Origin: Pseudomonadota bacterium
GTDB lineage: Bacteria > Pseudomonadota > Alphaproteobacteria > Rhizobiales > Xanthobacteraceae
Reading direction: 5' to 3'
Length of the DNA stretch: 64,000 nt
NCBI GenBank assembly: GCA_023387695.1
Contig: JAEWHT010000025.1
Span: 17,453 to 81,452 of the forward strand
Made by a program: the position numbers and the translations under genes. The notes below the pieces were generated by a model that saw only the letters and a list, made by a program, of their open reading frames with translations, did no database searches and had not been told where the DNA came from. Positions 26,675 to 35,482 of this stretch are shown here, piece after piece (within the stretch, counting starts at the first letter, position 1; each line of letters starts with the position of its first letter).

Positions 26675-29600
26675 ATGGCATTGTCGGTGATTGCATCCGG
26701 GGCGGGAGAAGGGGCGACCAATGCGGGCGCCGAAGCCAAGTCCATTGCCGATCTCGGCGGCCTCCTCGCCTTTTACGCGCAAACGATACCTGCGGCGCCC
26801 GCCCTGCTTGCCCCCGGCCGGCCACCCCTGAGCTATGGCGCGCTCGGCACCGGGATCGCACGTCTCGTCCAAATGCTGCGAGCACTCGGCATTGCACCCG
26901 GCGACCGTATTGCTGTTGCACTGCCGCGCGGCGCCGATAGTGCGCTGGCCCTGATCGCAGTCGCGTCAAGCTGCGCCTGCGTCCCCATCAATCCCGACCT
27001 GACGGCCGACGAGCTGCAACGCTATTTCAGCGAGATGAAGCTGGCCGCGCTGGTCACGCGCGCCGACATGAACTCGGCGAGCCGCGACGTCGCCCGGGCG
27101 CTCGATATCGCGGTGATCGACTTCGTGCCGGGACCGGAGACAGACCTCGGCGGCTGCGCGTTCATCGGCCCAATGGTGGGGCCGGCCTGCGCGAAAGGCG
27201 CCGCGGGCGCCGAGGATGATGCCTTTATCCTGCTGACGTCAGGCACGGCAGCGCGGCCGAAGATGGTGCCGCTGACACATCGCAATGTGTGTCTCTCCGC
27301 GCAAAATGCCGGCCGCGTGCTGTCTCTCGCCCCGCAAGATCGCCTGCTCAACGCCCTGCCGCTGTTTCACGCCCATGGCCTGATCTCCGGCCTCTTGACC
27401 GCGCTCGCAGCGGGCTCAAGCGTGATTGTGACCGGCGGTTTCGATGCGCCGTCCTTCTTCGGCTGGATGCGGGACCTTCAGCCGACCTGGTACACGGCGG
27501 TGCCGACCATCCATCGCGCGTTGCTGACGGCTGCGGAGGCCAATCCGGAGCGGGTCCGGTCATCCTCGCTGCGCGTGATCCGCTCGGCCTCGTCATCGCT
27601 TGCGCCCGCCATCCTGAACGGGCTCGAGGCGATGTTCGGCGTCCCCGTGCTCGAAACCTATGGGATGACCGAGGCGGCCTCGCAGATTGCCGCCAACCCG
27701 TTCGAGTTGCGCAAGATCGGCTCCGTTGGCCGCGCCGCGGGCCCGGATATCGCGATCATGGACGAGGCCGGCCGCAGGCTTGCGAGCGGCGAGCGCGGCG
27801 AGATCATGCTGCGCGGGCCGAATATGAGCCGCGGCTATTATAATGACGAGGCCGCGACACAGGCCGCATTTCGCGACGGCTGGTTCAGGACCGGCGATCT
27901 CGGCTATCTCGACGAAGACGGCTATCTCTTCATCGTCGGCCGCATCAAGGACGTCATCAACCGGGGTGGCCAGAAGATCTCGCCGCTGGAGGTGGAGGAG
28001 GTGCTGCTGGCTCACCCGGCGGTGCTCGAAGCCGGCGTCTTCGCCGTTCCCCACGCAAAACTCGGCGAGAACGTTGCCGCCGTCGTGGTGCTGCGTCCCA
28101 ATTCTGAGGCGACCTCCGACCAGCTGCGCCAGTTCGCGCGCAAGCGTCTCGCCGCCTACAAGGTGCCGAGCCTGATCCACGGCGTCGCTGCGCTGCCCAA
28201 GGGCGCCAGCGGCAAGGTCAAGCGTAACGCGCTGGCTGATTTGATTGCGGCGCCGCACGACGACGACGATGCGCAGCTGCCGCGCAACGATCTGGAGACC
28301 CAGCTCGCGGAGATCTGGGCCAATCTGCTCGAGCTTCCACGGGTCGGCGTCGATCAGGACGTCTTTGCGCTCGGCGCGGATTCGCTCGCGGTGACGCAGA
28401 TGCGTTCACGTTTGCGCGAGCGCTTCAACGCCAACTTCTCGTTCGAGGACATCTTCGATTGCGCCACCGTCGGCGCTCTCGCCGCCCGGCTCGAGACCAT
28501 GTCGCATCGCGATGCGACGCTGCCGGCGTGGCACCAGGCAGCCCGTGAGGAGGAGGACGCGCCGCTGTCGTTCCAGCAGCAGCGGATGTATGTGCTCTCA
28601 CGGCTCGACCCGACGCGCTACAATTATAATGTGGTCGAGGTCGCACTGCTCAAGGGCGAGATCGACATTGCAGCGCTTCAGGCAGGCTTGGCGTCGATCT
28701 CTGCAAATCACGAGGCGCTGCGTTCGGTTTTCGTCGAACGCGAGGGCGAGCCTGTGCAGCGTGCGCTTCGGAGGCCACCGGAACTCGAACGGATCAAGCT
28801 CAAGCCCTGCCCTTCACACCGCCGTACCGCCGTCGTCCGGCGCGAAGCCCTGAAGCTTGCGCAATATACGTTCGATCTCGCCCACGAACCGCCGCTGAAG
28901 GTCACGCTGCTTTCGTTCGACAAGTCCAGCCATGCGCTGGTGGTCAATGTCCACCACCTCGTGACCGATGGCTGGTCGCAGCGGCTGTTCTGGGAGGCGC
29001 TTGCGGCCGGATATTCCGCCGCGCGCAAAGGAAGCGCGACGGCGTTGCCCTCGCCGAGCTTCCAATATCGCGACTTTGCCCGCTGGCAGCTGAGCTGGGC
29101 CCAGACACCGGCGGCAAAAGAGCAGCTCGACTACTGGAAGACCCAGCTCGACGGCGTCACCACGCTGCCGCTGCGAACCGACCGGCCGAGGCCCGAAGTC
29201 TGGAGCGGGCAAGGCGCCCGTCATTATTTCGAGTTCTCCAAGGGCCTTTCGGCCGATATTCGCCGGCTGAGCCAGGACCAGGGCGTGACGCCGTTCATGG
29301 CGCTGCTCGCGGTGTTCCAGTGTCTGCTGTTGCGCCACACCGGACATGAGGACGTCGCGACCGGCTCGCTGATTGCGAACCGCAACCAGATCGAAAGCGA
29401 GCGACTGATCGGGCTGTTTGCCAACACGCTGATCCTGCGCAACGATTTTGGCGGCGACCCGACCTTCGACGAGATGCTGCGACGGGTCCGGCAAGTCACG
29501 CTCGATGCTTACCGCAACCAGGACCTTCCGATCGAGGAGGTCCTGCGCGCGTTGCAGATCACGCGACGGACGGACGGCAATCCGCTGTTCCGGATCATGT

Positions 29601-32600
29601 TCATCCTCCAGAACGCCTCGATCGAGGCCGCACACTTTCCCGGCCTCTCGACGCGGCGGCTGGAAGTCGACCCGGAAGTCGCGCGCTTCGACATCACGCT
29701 GGAATTGGTCGAGGCCGAGGGCCGCTTCACCGGCTTCTTCGAATACGCCACCGATCTGTTCGACGCCGGCACGATCGAGGGCATGGCGGATCAGTTCAAG
29801 ACACTGTTCAAGGCCGTCATCGCCAATCCCGAGCAACGCATCTCGCGCCTGCCGCTGCTGACGGATGCAGAACGCCGGCAGCTGCCGGCGAAAGGCCGGA
29901 CGGCCAATTTCACCACACGCGGCAATCTCTGCGAACGCTTCGAGCAGCAGGCGAAGAAGACGCCGAATACGATCGCGATATCCGATGGACGCCTATCGCT
30001 GAGCTATCGCGAGTTGGCGCGCCGCAGCCAGGCGATCGCGCGATGGCTCACACGTGAAGGCGTCGGCGCCGAGAGCGTGGTCGCCCTGCTCGCCGATCGC
30101 GGGCCCAACCTGCTCGCAGCAATGATCGGCGTTCAGCGCGCGGGCGCGGCTTTCCTGAACCTCGATCCCGAGCAGCCGCCGGCGAGGCTCGCAACCATCC
30201 TCGGATCGAGCTGCGCGACCGTGCTGCTGACGGGGCGCGCGCAATCCTCCCTGGTCGGCGCGCTGCTCGAGCCGCTGGTCGAGCGCATCCTCGTGGCCGA
30301 GATCGAGGACGCGATTGCGCTTGAAACGACCAAACCGGCCCGCGCGGTGCGGCGTGCAGACTCGAGCCTTGCCTATCTCATCTACACGTCCGGCTCCTCC
30401 GGTGCGCCGAAGGGCGTGATGATCGAGCAGCGCGGACTGTCGAACCATCTGGCGTCGCTCATCTCAGAGCTTGGCCTCACGTCCAAAGACGTGATCGCGC
30501 AGACCGCGCCGCAAAGCTTCGTCATCTCGGTCTGGCAGTTCCTCGCCGGCCCCATGGCCGGCGCGCGCGTGCATGTCTGCGACAATGCGGTCGTACAGGA
30601 CCCCGTGCTGCTAGCCCAGGAGATCGAGGGCGAAGGCATCACGGTGCTCGAGATCGTCCCCTCGCTGCTCCGCATCATCCTCGAACGGATGGACGAAGCG
30701 GAGATACTGCGCGCCTTCGCGAAATTGCGGCTGCTGATCTCGACCGGCGAACCGCTGCCGGTCGACCTCTGCCGCGCCTGGTTCGCCCGCTGCCCGAAGG
30801 TGCCGCTCATCAACGCCTACGGCGCCTCGGAATGCTCAGATGATGTCTCCCTGCACCGGCTGACCAAGGCTCCGGACATCGCGACGACCAACGTCCCGGT
30901 CGGAGCGCCGCTGCCCAACACCCAGCTCTATGTGCTCGATTCCAATCTGGAGCCGCAGCCGATCGGCGTGGTCGGCGAGCTCTGCATCGGCGGCGCCGGT
31001 GTCGGCCGCGGCTATGTCAACGATCCCGCGCAGAGCCGGCAGCGCTTCATCCCCGATCCATTCACGCGGGAGAAAGGCAGCCGGCTGTACCGCACCGGCG
31101 ATCTCGCCCGCCGCCGGGCCGACGGGACGATCGAATGCCTCGGCCGCGCCGATCTTCAGGTCAAGGTCCGCGGCTATCGCATCGAGCTCAAGGAGATCGA
31201 GGCGGCGCTGGCCGACCACGCGGGCGTGCGCGCCGGCATCGTCGAACCGCGCCGCGATGCCAACGGCGATGCAAAGCTGATCGCCCATGTCGTCGCCAAG
31301 GCTGGCGGCCAGACGAGCGCCAGCGAATTGCGCGATTTCCTCAAGAGCCGGCTTCCAGGGCATGCGATCCCGTCCGCGTTCCTGTTCCTGGATCAGGTCC
31401 CGCTCAATTCTCACGGCAAGCTCGATCGTTCGGCCCTGCTGGCGTCGCCGCAACCGGAGACCGCCGGGACAGAGACCGCCGTGCCGGCCCGCCGCTTCAC
31501 CGAAAAGGTGCTGTCCGACATCTGGATCGATCTGCTTGAGGTCGAGACCCTCGGCGTCACCGACAATTTCTTCGACCTCGGCGGCCATTCGCTGTTGGCA
31601 GGCCAGGCGATGGCGCGCGTGGCCCGTGCGCTCGGGGCCTCGCTGCCGATCAAGACCATCTTCGAGGCGCCGACGATCGAAGAACTCGCCCGGCTGGTCG
31701 ACGACGCCGTGGCAACGAAACCGCAAAAGGCCAGCGTCCCTCGCCTCGCCCAAAGCGGACCTCCGACGTTGTCGATCGCGCAGGACCAGATGATGCGGAT
31801 CGAGAAGAACCTGCCCGGTCTGCCGCTGTTCAACCTGCCATTCGCGTTCCATCTCGAAGGCCCGATCGATCCGCGCAGGCTCGCGCAAGCCATCGACGAC
31901 ATCGTGCGCCGCCACGAATCGTTGCGAACGGCGTTCCGCTGGAATGGCGACGAGCCGGTCAGCCGCGTCATCGCGCCCGCCACGCTCGGTCCGGTCCTGA
32001 CTGTCGAGACCATCGGCGAAGGACGGCCGCACAACAACAAGCGGCGGAAAGCGCTCGAGCAGAAAAAGATCGAGCTTCTGATCGCTCAGGAGACCTACAC
32101 TCCGGTCGCCGCCGCCCGCGCGCCGCTGCTGCGGGCAAGGCTGCTGCGGCTGCACGCCGAGGATCACATCCTGTTGCTGACGCTGCATCACGCCATCGCC
32201 GACGGATGGTCGATCGGCGTATTGTTCGAGGAATTGTCCAACCGCTATGCCGCACTGGCGGGTCACCAATCGGCGCCCGCGCCGAAGATGCCGCTCGCCT
32301 ATTCCGACGTCGCTCGCTGGCAGCGATGGTGGTGCGGCACCGAGGCGGCGCGCCGGCAGGCAGCCGACTGGATCGAGAATTTGCGCGGTGCGGCGCCGCT
32401 GTTTGACGGCGAAGCCCGCCCGGGCGCGGCGACCGGCCATCATCCGCTCGGCCTGGAGCGCGACCTGGTGACCCGCCTCCAGGCCTATGCGCGCCAGCAC
32501 AATGCCACGCTGTTTATGTGTCTGCTCACCGGGCTGAAGGCGCTGTTGCTGGCGCGGACCGGGCGGACAGACATTTCGATCGCCACGGCCATGGCCAACC

Positions 32601-33109
32601 GCGCCCAGCCGGACACCGAAGGGATCGTCGGCCCGTTCGAGAACACGGTGATCGTCCGCAGCCGAATCACGCCGGACCTGTCGTTCACACAAGCGCTGGC
32701 GCGGGTGCGCCAGAGCGTCCTCGACGCGCATGCGCGGCAGGAGCTGCCGTTCAACATCCTGGCCGACCATCTGGAGCAACAGGGAATCGATCCCGCTTCG
32801 CTGCTCCAAGTCTATTTCACCCTGCAAAATCCACTACGCCAGCCGCTCGACCTGCCTGGCGTCACGGTGCAATCGATCGGCAACGTCGCACGCGAGGGCC
32901 AGCCGGTGCTGCCGGTGGACCAGACCTGGCTGTCGCTGATGCTCAAGGAGCGTCCAACCGGGATCACGGGTTCGTGCAATTACAAGGGTGAGCTGCTCGA
33001 CGGCGGCATGGTCGGCGCGTGGATGGAGGATTTGGTCGCGCTGCTGGGGGCTGCCATCATCCAGCCGAACACACCGCTCGACCGGCTGCTGGCCCGCAGG
33101 GCGGCATGA
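26675..33109 (+). CDS. bimodular non-ribosomal peptide synthetase, domain order A(ANL/acyl-CoA-ligase-like)-T-C-A-T-C
   Basis: Core motifs read in order: LLTSGTAARPKMV, YGMTEAASQ, WFRTGDLGYLDEDGYLFIVGRIKD, GASGKVKRN, LGADSL, HHLVTDGWS, LIYTSGSSGAPKGV, YRTGDLARRRADGTIECLGRADLQVKVRGYRIELKEIE, SHGKLDR, LGGHSL, HHAIADGWS. The ATG at 26675 follows AAGGGAA; the listed start at 26642 is TTG. Confidence 0.95.
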   Translation: MALSVIASGAGEGATNAGAEAKSIADLGGLLAFYAQTIPAAPALLAPGRPPLSYGALGTGIARLVQMLRALGIAPGDRIAVALPRGADSALALIAVASSCACVPINPDLTADELQRYFSEMKLAALVTRADMNSASRDVARALDIAVIDFVPGPETDLGGCAFIGPMVGPACAKGAAGAEDDAFILLTSGTAARPKMVPLTHRNVCLSAQNAGRVLSLAPQDRLLNALPLFHAHGLISGLLTALAAGSSVIVTGGFDAPSFFGWMRDLQPTWYTAVPTIHRALLTAAEANPERVRSSSLRVIRSASSSLAPAILNGLEAMFGVPVLETYGMTEAASQIAANPFELRKIGSVGRAAGPDIAIMDEAGRRLASGERGEIMLRGPNMSRGYYNDEAATQAAFRDGWFRTGDLGYLDEDGYLFIVGRIKDVINRGGQKISPLEVEEVLLAHPAVLEAGVFAVPHAKLGENVAAVVVLRPNSEATSDQLRQFARKRLAAYKVPSLIHGVAALPKGASGKVKRNALADLIAAPHDDDDAQLPRNDLETQLAEIWANLLELPRVGVDQDVFALGADSLAVTQMRSRLRERFNANFSFEDIFDCATVGALAARLETMSHRDATLPAWHQAAREEEDAPLSFQQQRMYVLSRLDPTRYNYNVVEVALLKGEIDIAALQAGLASISANHEALRSVFVEREGEPVQRALRRPPELERIKLKPCPSHRRTAVVRREALKLAQYTFDLAHEPPLKVTLLSFDKSSHALVVNVHHLVTDGWSQRLFWEALAAGYSAARKGSATALPSPSFQYRDFARWQLSWAQTPAAKEQLDYWKTQLDGVTTLPLRTDRPRPEVWSGQGARHYFEFSKGLSADIRRLSQDQGVTPFMALLAVFQCLLLRHTGHEDVATGSLIANRNQIESERLIGLFANTLILRNDFGGDPTFDEMLRRVRQVTLDAYRNQDLPIEEVLRALQITRRTDGNPLFRIMFILQNASIEAAHFPGLSTRRLEVDPEVARFDITLELVEAEGRFTGFFEYATDLFDAGTIEGMADQFKTLFKAVIANPEQRISRLPLLTDAERRQLPAKGRTANFTTRGNLCERFEQQAKKTPNTIAISDGRLSLSYRELARRSQAIARWLTREGVGAESVVALLADRGPNLLAAMIGVQRAGAAFLNLDPEQPPARLATILGSSCATVLLTGRAQSSLVGALLEPLVERILVAEIEDAIALETTKPARAVRRADSSLAYLIYTSGSSGAPKGVMIEQRGLSNHLASLISELGLTSKDVIAQTAPQSFVISVWQFLAGPMAGARVHVCDNAVVQDPVLLAQEIEGEGITVLEIVPSLLRIILERMDEAEILRAFAKLRLLISTGEPLPVDLCRAWFARCPKVPLINAYGASECSDDVSLHRLTKAPDIATTNVPVGAPLPNTQLYVLDSNLEPQPIGVVGELCIGGAGVGRGYVNDPAQSRQRFIPDPFTREKGSRLYRTGDLARRRADGTIECLGRADLQVKVRGYRIELKEIEAALADHAGVRAGIVEPRRDANGDAKLIAHVVAKAGGQTSASELRDFLKSRLPGHAIPSAFLFLDQVPLNSHGKLDRSALLASPQPETAGTETAVPARRFTEKVLSDIWIDLLEVETLGVTDNFFDLGGHSLLAGQAMARVARALGASLPIKTIFEAPTIEELARLVDDAVATKPQKASVPRLAQSGPPTLSIAQDQMMRIEKNLPGLPLFNLPFAFHLEGPIDPRRLAQAIDDIVRRHESLRTAFRWNGDEPVSRVIAPATLGPVLTVETIGEGRPHNNKRRKALEQKKIELLIAQETYTPVAAARAPLLRARLLRLHAEDHILLLTLHHAIADGWSIGVLFEELSNRYAALAGHQSAPAPKMPLAYSDVARWQRWWCGTEAARRQAADWIENLRGAAPLFDGEARPGAATGHHPLGLERDLVTRLQAYARQHNATLFMCLLTGLKALLLARTGRTDISIATAMANRAQPDTEGIVGPFENTVIVRSRITPDLSFTQALARVRQSVLDAHARQELPFNILADHLEQQGIDPASLLQVYFTLQNPLRQPLDLPGVTVQSIGNVAREGQPVLPVDQTWLSLMLKERPTGITGSCNYKGELLDGGMVGAWMEDLVALLGAAIIQPNTPLDRLLARRAA

Positions 33110-33250
33110 CTGCCTGTGCGGGGCGGACGAATAAGAGTTCACGCGCTAAAGCTGTGAATGTTTAAGTTGCATCTTGATTATTTGACGCCAGCGCGCAAGA
33201 TTGTTGTTGCGTTTTGATTTGGACGATTATTTTTGAACCGGGGGAGTGTT

Positions 33251-33415
33251 ATGGGTTTCATCAAATTTACCAAGGGTACCTCACTGAGCGACAAGGACCG
33301 CAAGGCCCTGCAGAAGCTTCTCACCGATGAGAAGAAGAAGCTTCAGGCCGCTCTGAAAGAGGTCGACGCCAGCCTTTCGATCGTTGGCGGCAAGAAGGCC
33401 AAGAAGAAAAAGTAG
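33251..33415 (+). CDS. 54-aa lysine-rich small protein of unknown function
   Basis: The ATG is preceded by GGGGAG at 5-nt spacing. Codon usage is host-like (aag, ctg, gcc). The upstream 130 bp are AT-rich and a hairpin plus T-rich tract follows directly. Sequence: MGFIKFTKGTSLSDKDRKALQKLLTDEKKKLQAALKEVDASLSIVGGKKAKKKK. Confidence 0.55.
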   Translation: MGFIKFTKGTSLSDKDRKALQKLLTDEKKKLQAALKEVDASLSIVGGKKAKKKK

Positions 33416-33460
33416 GATTCGTCGGCCGGGACGCCGCACGAATCTTCCAATTTCATTTTC
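33416..33460 (+). terminator. candidate rho-independent terminator after the lysine-rich mini-ORF
   Basis: gattcgtcggc-cgggac-gccg(c)acgaatc, an 11-bp stem with one bulge, followed by ttccaatttcattttc. Confidence 0.5.
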
Positions 33461-33646
33461 AGATCTGGGCCGCCCGCTTGTCGAGTTGGGGTCTCGCACA
33501 AGCTTGCGCCTGTAAACCGGCCAGCAATCGACAAGAATTTGCCTGGGTGGACCGCTAAAAGCGGTCCGCTCAGTCGCTTTCTGCCCGGTTGATTCTTTTC
33601 AGTCAGGGCCGGATTTCGCCTCCGCCGGACATTATGGGCCTATTTG

Positions 33647-34378
33647 ATGGCAGACGACGGAATTGAACTGTTTATCGGACTGATCGAGAGCATCGACACA
33701 CCGGGCGCCGTCGATGCGTGCCGCCGGATACTTTCGGTCGACGAACGGACCCGTGCCGACCGCTTCATGTTCGAGCGGCATCAGCGGCAATATATCTTCG
33801 CGCACGCGATGTTGCGCCTGGCGCTCTCGCACGCCGAACCCGATGTCGCGCCGACCGACTGGTCGTTTTCGACCGGGCGCTACGGGCGTCCTTTCGTTGC
33901 GGCGCCCAAGACCGCGACCGCGTTGCATTTCAGCCTGTCCCACGCCGATGGCTGCGTCGCTTGCGTCGTCTCGAAGCATGAAGCTGTCGGCGTCGATGTC
34001 GAGACGGTATCGCGCCGCGTGGCGCCGCTGTCGACCGCGCTCCGCTTCTTTGCGCCCGAAGAGGTCGAGACGCTGCGCAGCCTGCCCGAGCCCGCAGCAA
34101 CTGAGCGGTTCTTCGACTACTGGACGCTGAAGGAAGCCTATCTGAAGGCCAAGGGGTTTGGGCTCGATTTGCCGCTGGACGCATTCGCGATGCAGGTGTC
34201 GCGCGAGGCGATCGAGATCAGCTTCAAGCCCGATATCGCCGACGATCCCGCAAGCTGGCGCTTCTCGCTGTGCTCGCCCTCGCCCTCGCATCGCCTGGCA
34301 ATCGCCGACGGCTCCCGCGCGGCCGGCGGCCTTCGCATCACCTGCAACGCCTGGCCGCTGCAGGAAGCAGCTGAGTGA
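33647..34378 (+). CDS. Sfp-type 4'-phosphopantetheinyl transferase
   Basis: FSLSHADG, VGVDVE and WTLKEAYLKAKG motifs. Confidence 0.85.
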   Translation: MADDGIELFIGLIESIDTPGAVDACRRILSVDERTRADRFMFERHQRQYIFAHAMLRLALSHAEPDVAPTDWSFSTGRYGRPFVAAPKTATALHFSLSHADGCVACVVSKHEAVGVDVETVSRRVAPLSTALRFFAPEEVETLRSLPEPAATERFFDYWTLKEAYLKAKGFGLDLPLDAFAMQVSREAIEISFKPDIADDPASWRFSLCSPSPSHRLAIADGSRAAGGLRITCNAWPLQEAAE

Positions 34379-35355
34379 TGACGGCGCGGCTGCGCGTCTT
34401 TCCTGCAATCTCGCGCAATCGCGATCCCAAAAAATATGTCGGCGAGCTGATGCGGGTGGCGGAGTTCGCCGACCGCAGCGGCTTCGAAGGCATTCTGCTG
34501 TTCGAGGGCAATGACGTCTTCGTCGAGCCCTGGGCCATGGCCCAGCACATCATGACGGCGACGACGCGAAGCTCGCCGCTGATCGCCGTTAATCCGGTCT
34601 ACATGCACCCTTTCACCGCGGCGAAGTTCGTGTCGTCCTTCGCCCAACTCTACGGTCGCAGGGTCTATCTGAACATGATCACGGGGACTGCGGTCAGCGA
34701 CCTCAAGGGGCTGGGCGACGACCAATCGCATGGCGACCGTTATGTCCGCCTCGGGGAGTTCGTCGCGTTGATGCGCCAACTCCTCTCGAGTCCGCGCCCG
34801 GTGAATGCCGATGGCCGGTTCTATCGCGCCAGCAATCTGCAACTGCGCCCGCGCCTGCCGGCTGAGCTGATGCCGGAATTCCTGATCGCCGGGCAATCGG
34901 ACGCGGCGCAGCGCGCCGCCGAGGAAACTGGCTGCATCAAGATGCAGATGCTGCCGCCCGACCTCGATCGCAGCCTCAACGCACCGGGCATGAATTTCGG
35001 CATCTTCGCGCGCGAGACCGGCGACGAGGCGCGGCAGGCGGCAAAGACGCGCTTCCGCGACAACCAAGATGATCGCGAGCTGCTCGCGCTCACGGTGGAA
35101 AATTCAGATTCCGTCTGGAAGCGGCGGCTCTATGAGGGCCAGAGCGGCGAGCTCCAGGACAATGGCTACTGGCTGCTGCCTTACCTGACCTTCCAGGCCG
35201 ATTGCCCCTATCTCGTCGGCAGCTATGCCGAGATCGGCGCGAAGCTGAAGGCGTTTGCGGCGAAGGGTTTGACCACTGTTATGCTCGACATGGTCGCTGA
35301 TGAAGCCGAGATGCAGCACGTGTGCAAGGCGCTGCAGGCGAGCGGGATGTTTTGA
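34378..35355 (+). CDS. LLM-class (luciferase-like) flavin-dependent oxidoreductase
   Basis: SsuD/LLM-like pattern (GFEGILLFEG..., YLNMITG, ...LIAGQS). The start overlaps the PPTase stop (GTGATGA). A GTG at 34375 is also possible. Confidence 0.75.
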   Translation: MTARLRVFPAISRNRDPKKYVGELMRVAEFADRSGFEGILLFEGNDVFVEPWAMAQHIMTATTRSSPLIAVNPVYMHPFTAAKFVSSFAQLYGRRVYLNMITGTAVSDLKGLGDDQSHGDRYVRLGEFVALMRQLLSSPRPVNADGRFYRASNLQLRPRLPAELMPEFLIAGQSDAAQRAAEETGCIKMQMLPPDLDRSLNAPGMNFGIFARETGDEARQAAKTRFRDNQDDRELLALTVENSDSVWKRRLYEGQSGELQDNGYWLLPYLTFQADCPYLVGSYAEIGAKLKAFAAKGLTTVMLDMVADEAEMQHVCKALQASGMF

Positions 35356-35387
35356 ACTCTAGCTATACCTCCTGAATTCTCCTCATC

Positions 35388-35465
35388 GTCATTGCGAGCG
35401 CAGCGAAGCAATCCAGAGTCCCTCCGCGGAAAGATTCTGGATTGCTTCGCTTCGCTCGCAATGAC
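35388..35465. repeat. REP-like inverted repeat: 29-bp arms (28/29 match) around a 20-nt loop
   Basis: The left arm gtcattgcgagcgcagcgaagcaatccag (35388-35416) pairs with the right arm ctggattgcttcgcttcgctcgcaatgac (35437-35465). It lies between convergent gene ends. Confidence 0.9.
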
Positions 35466-35482
35466 GGCAGGTGGCGGCTACT

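Noticed and set aside
30836-32827. 663-aa minus-strand ORF (also 28814-29836, 27593-28258 and 31411-32040) inside the NRPS gene
   Set aside because: These ORFs are antisense to a CDS with unambiguous NRPS core motifs. Their Arg/Gly/Asp-rich composition is typical of shadow ORFs in GC-rich DNA, and they show no recognisable motifs.
33161-33200. TTGAT-containing sequence upstream of the mini-ORF, considered as an FNR/FixK box
   Set aside because: The sequence TTGATTATTTGACG lacks the complementary ATCAA half-site.
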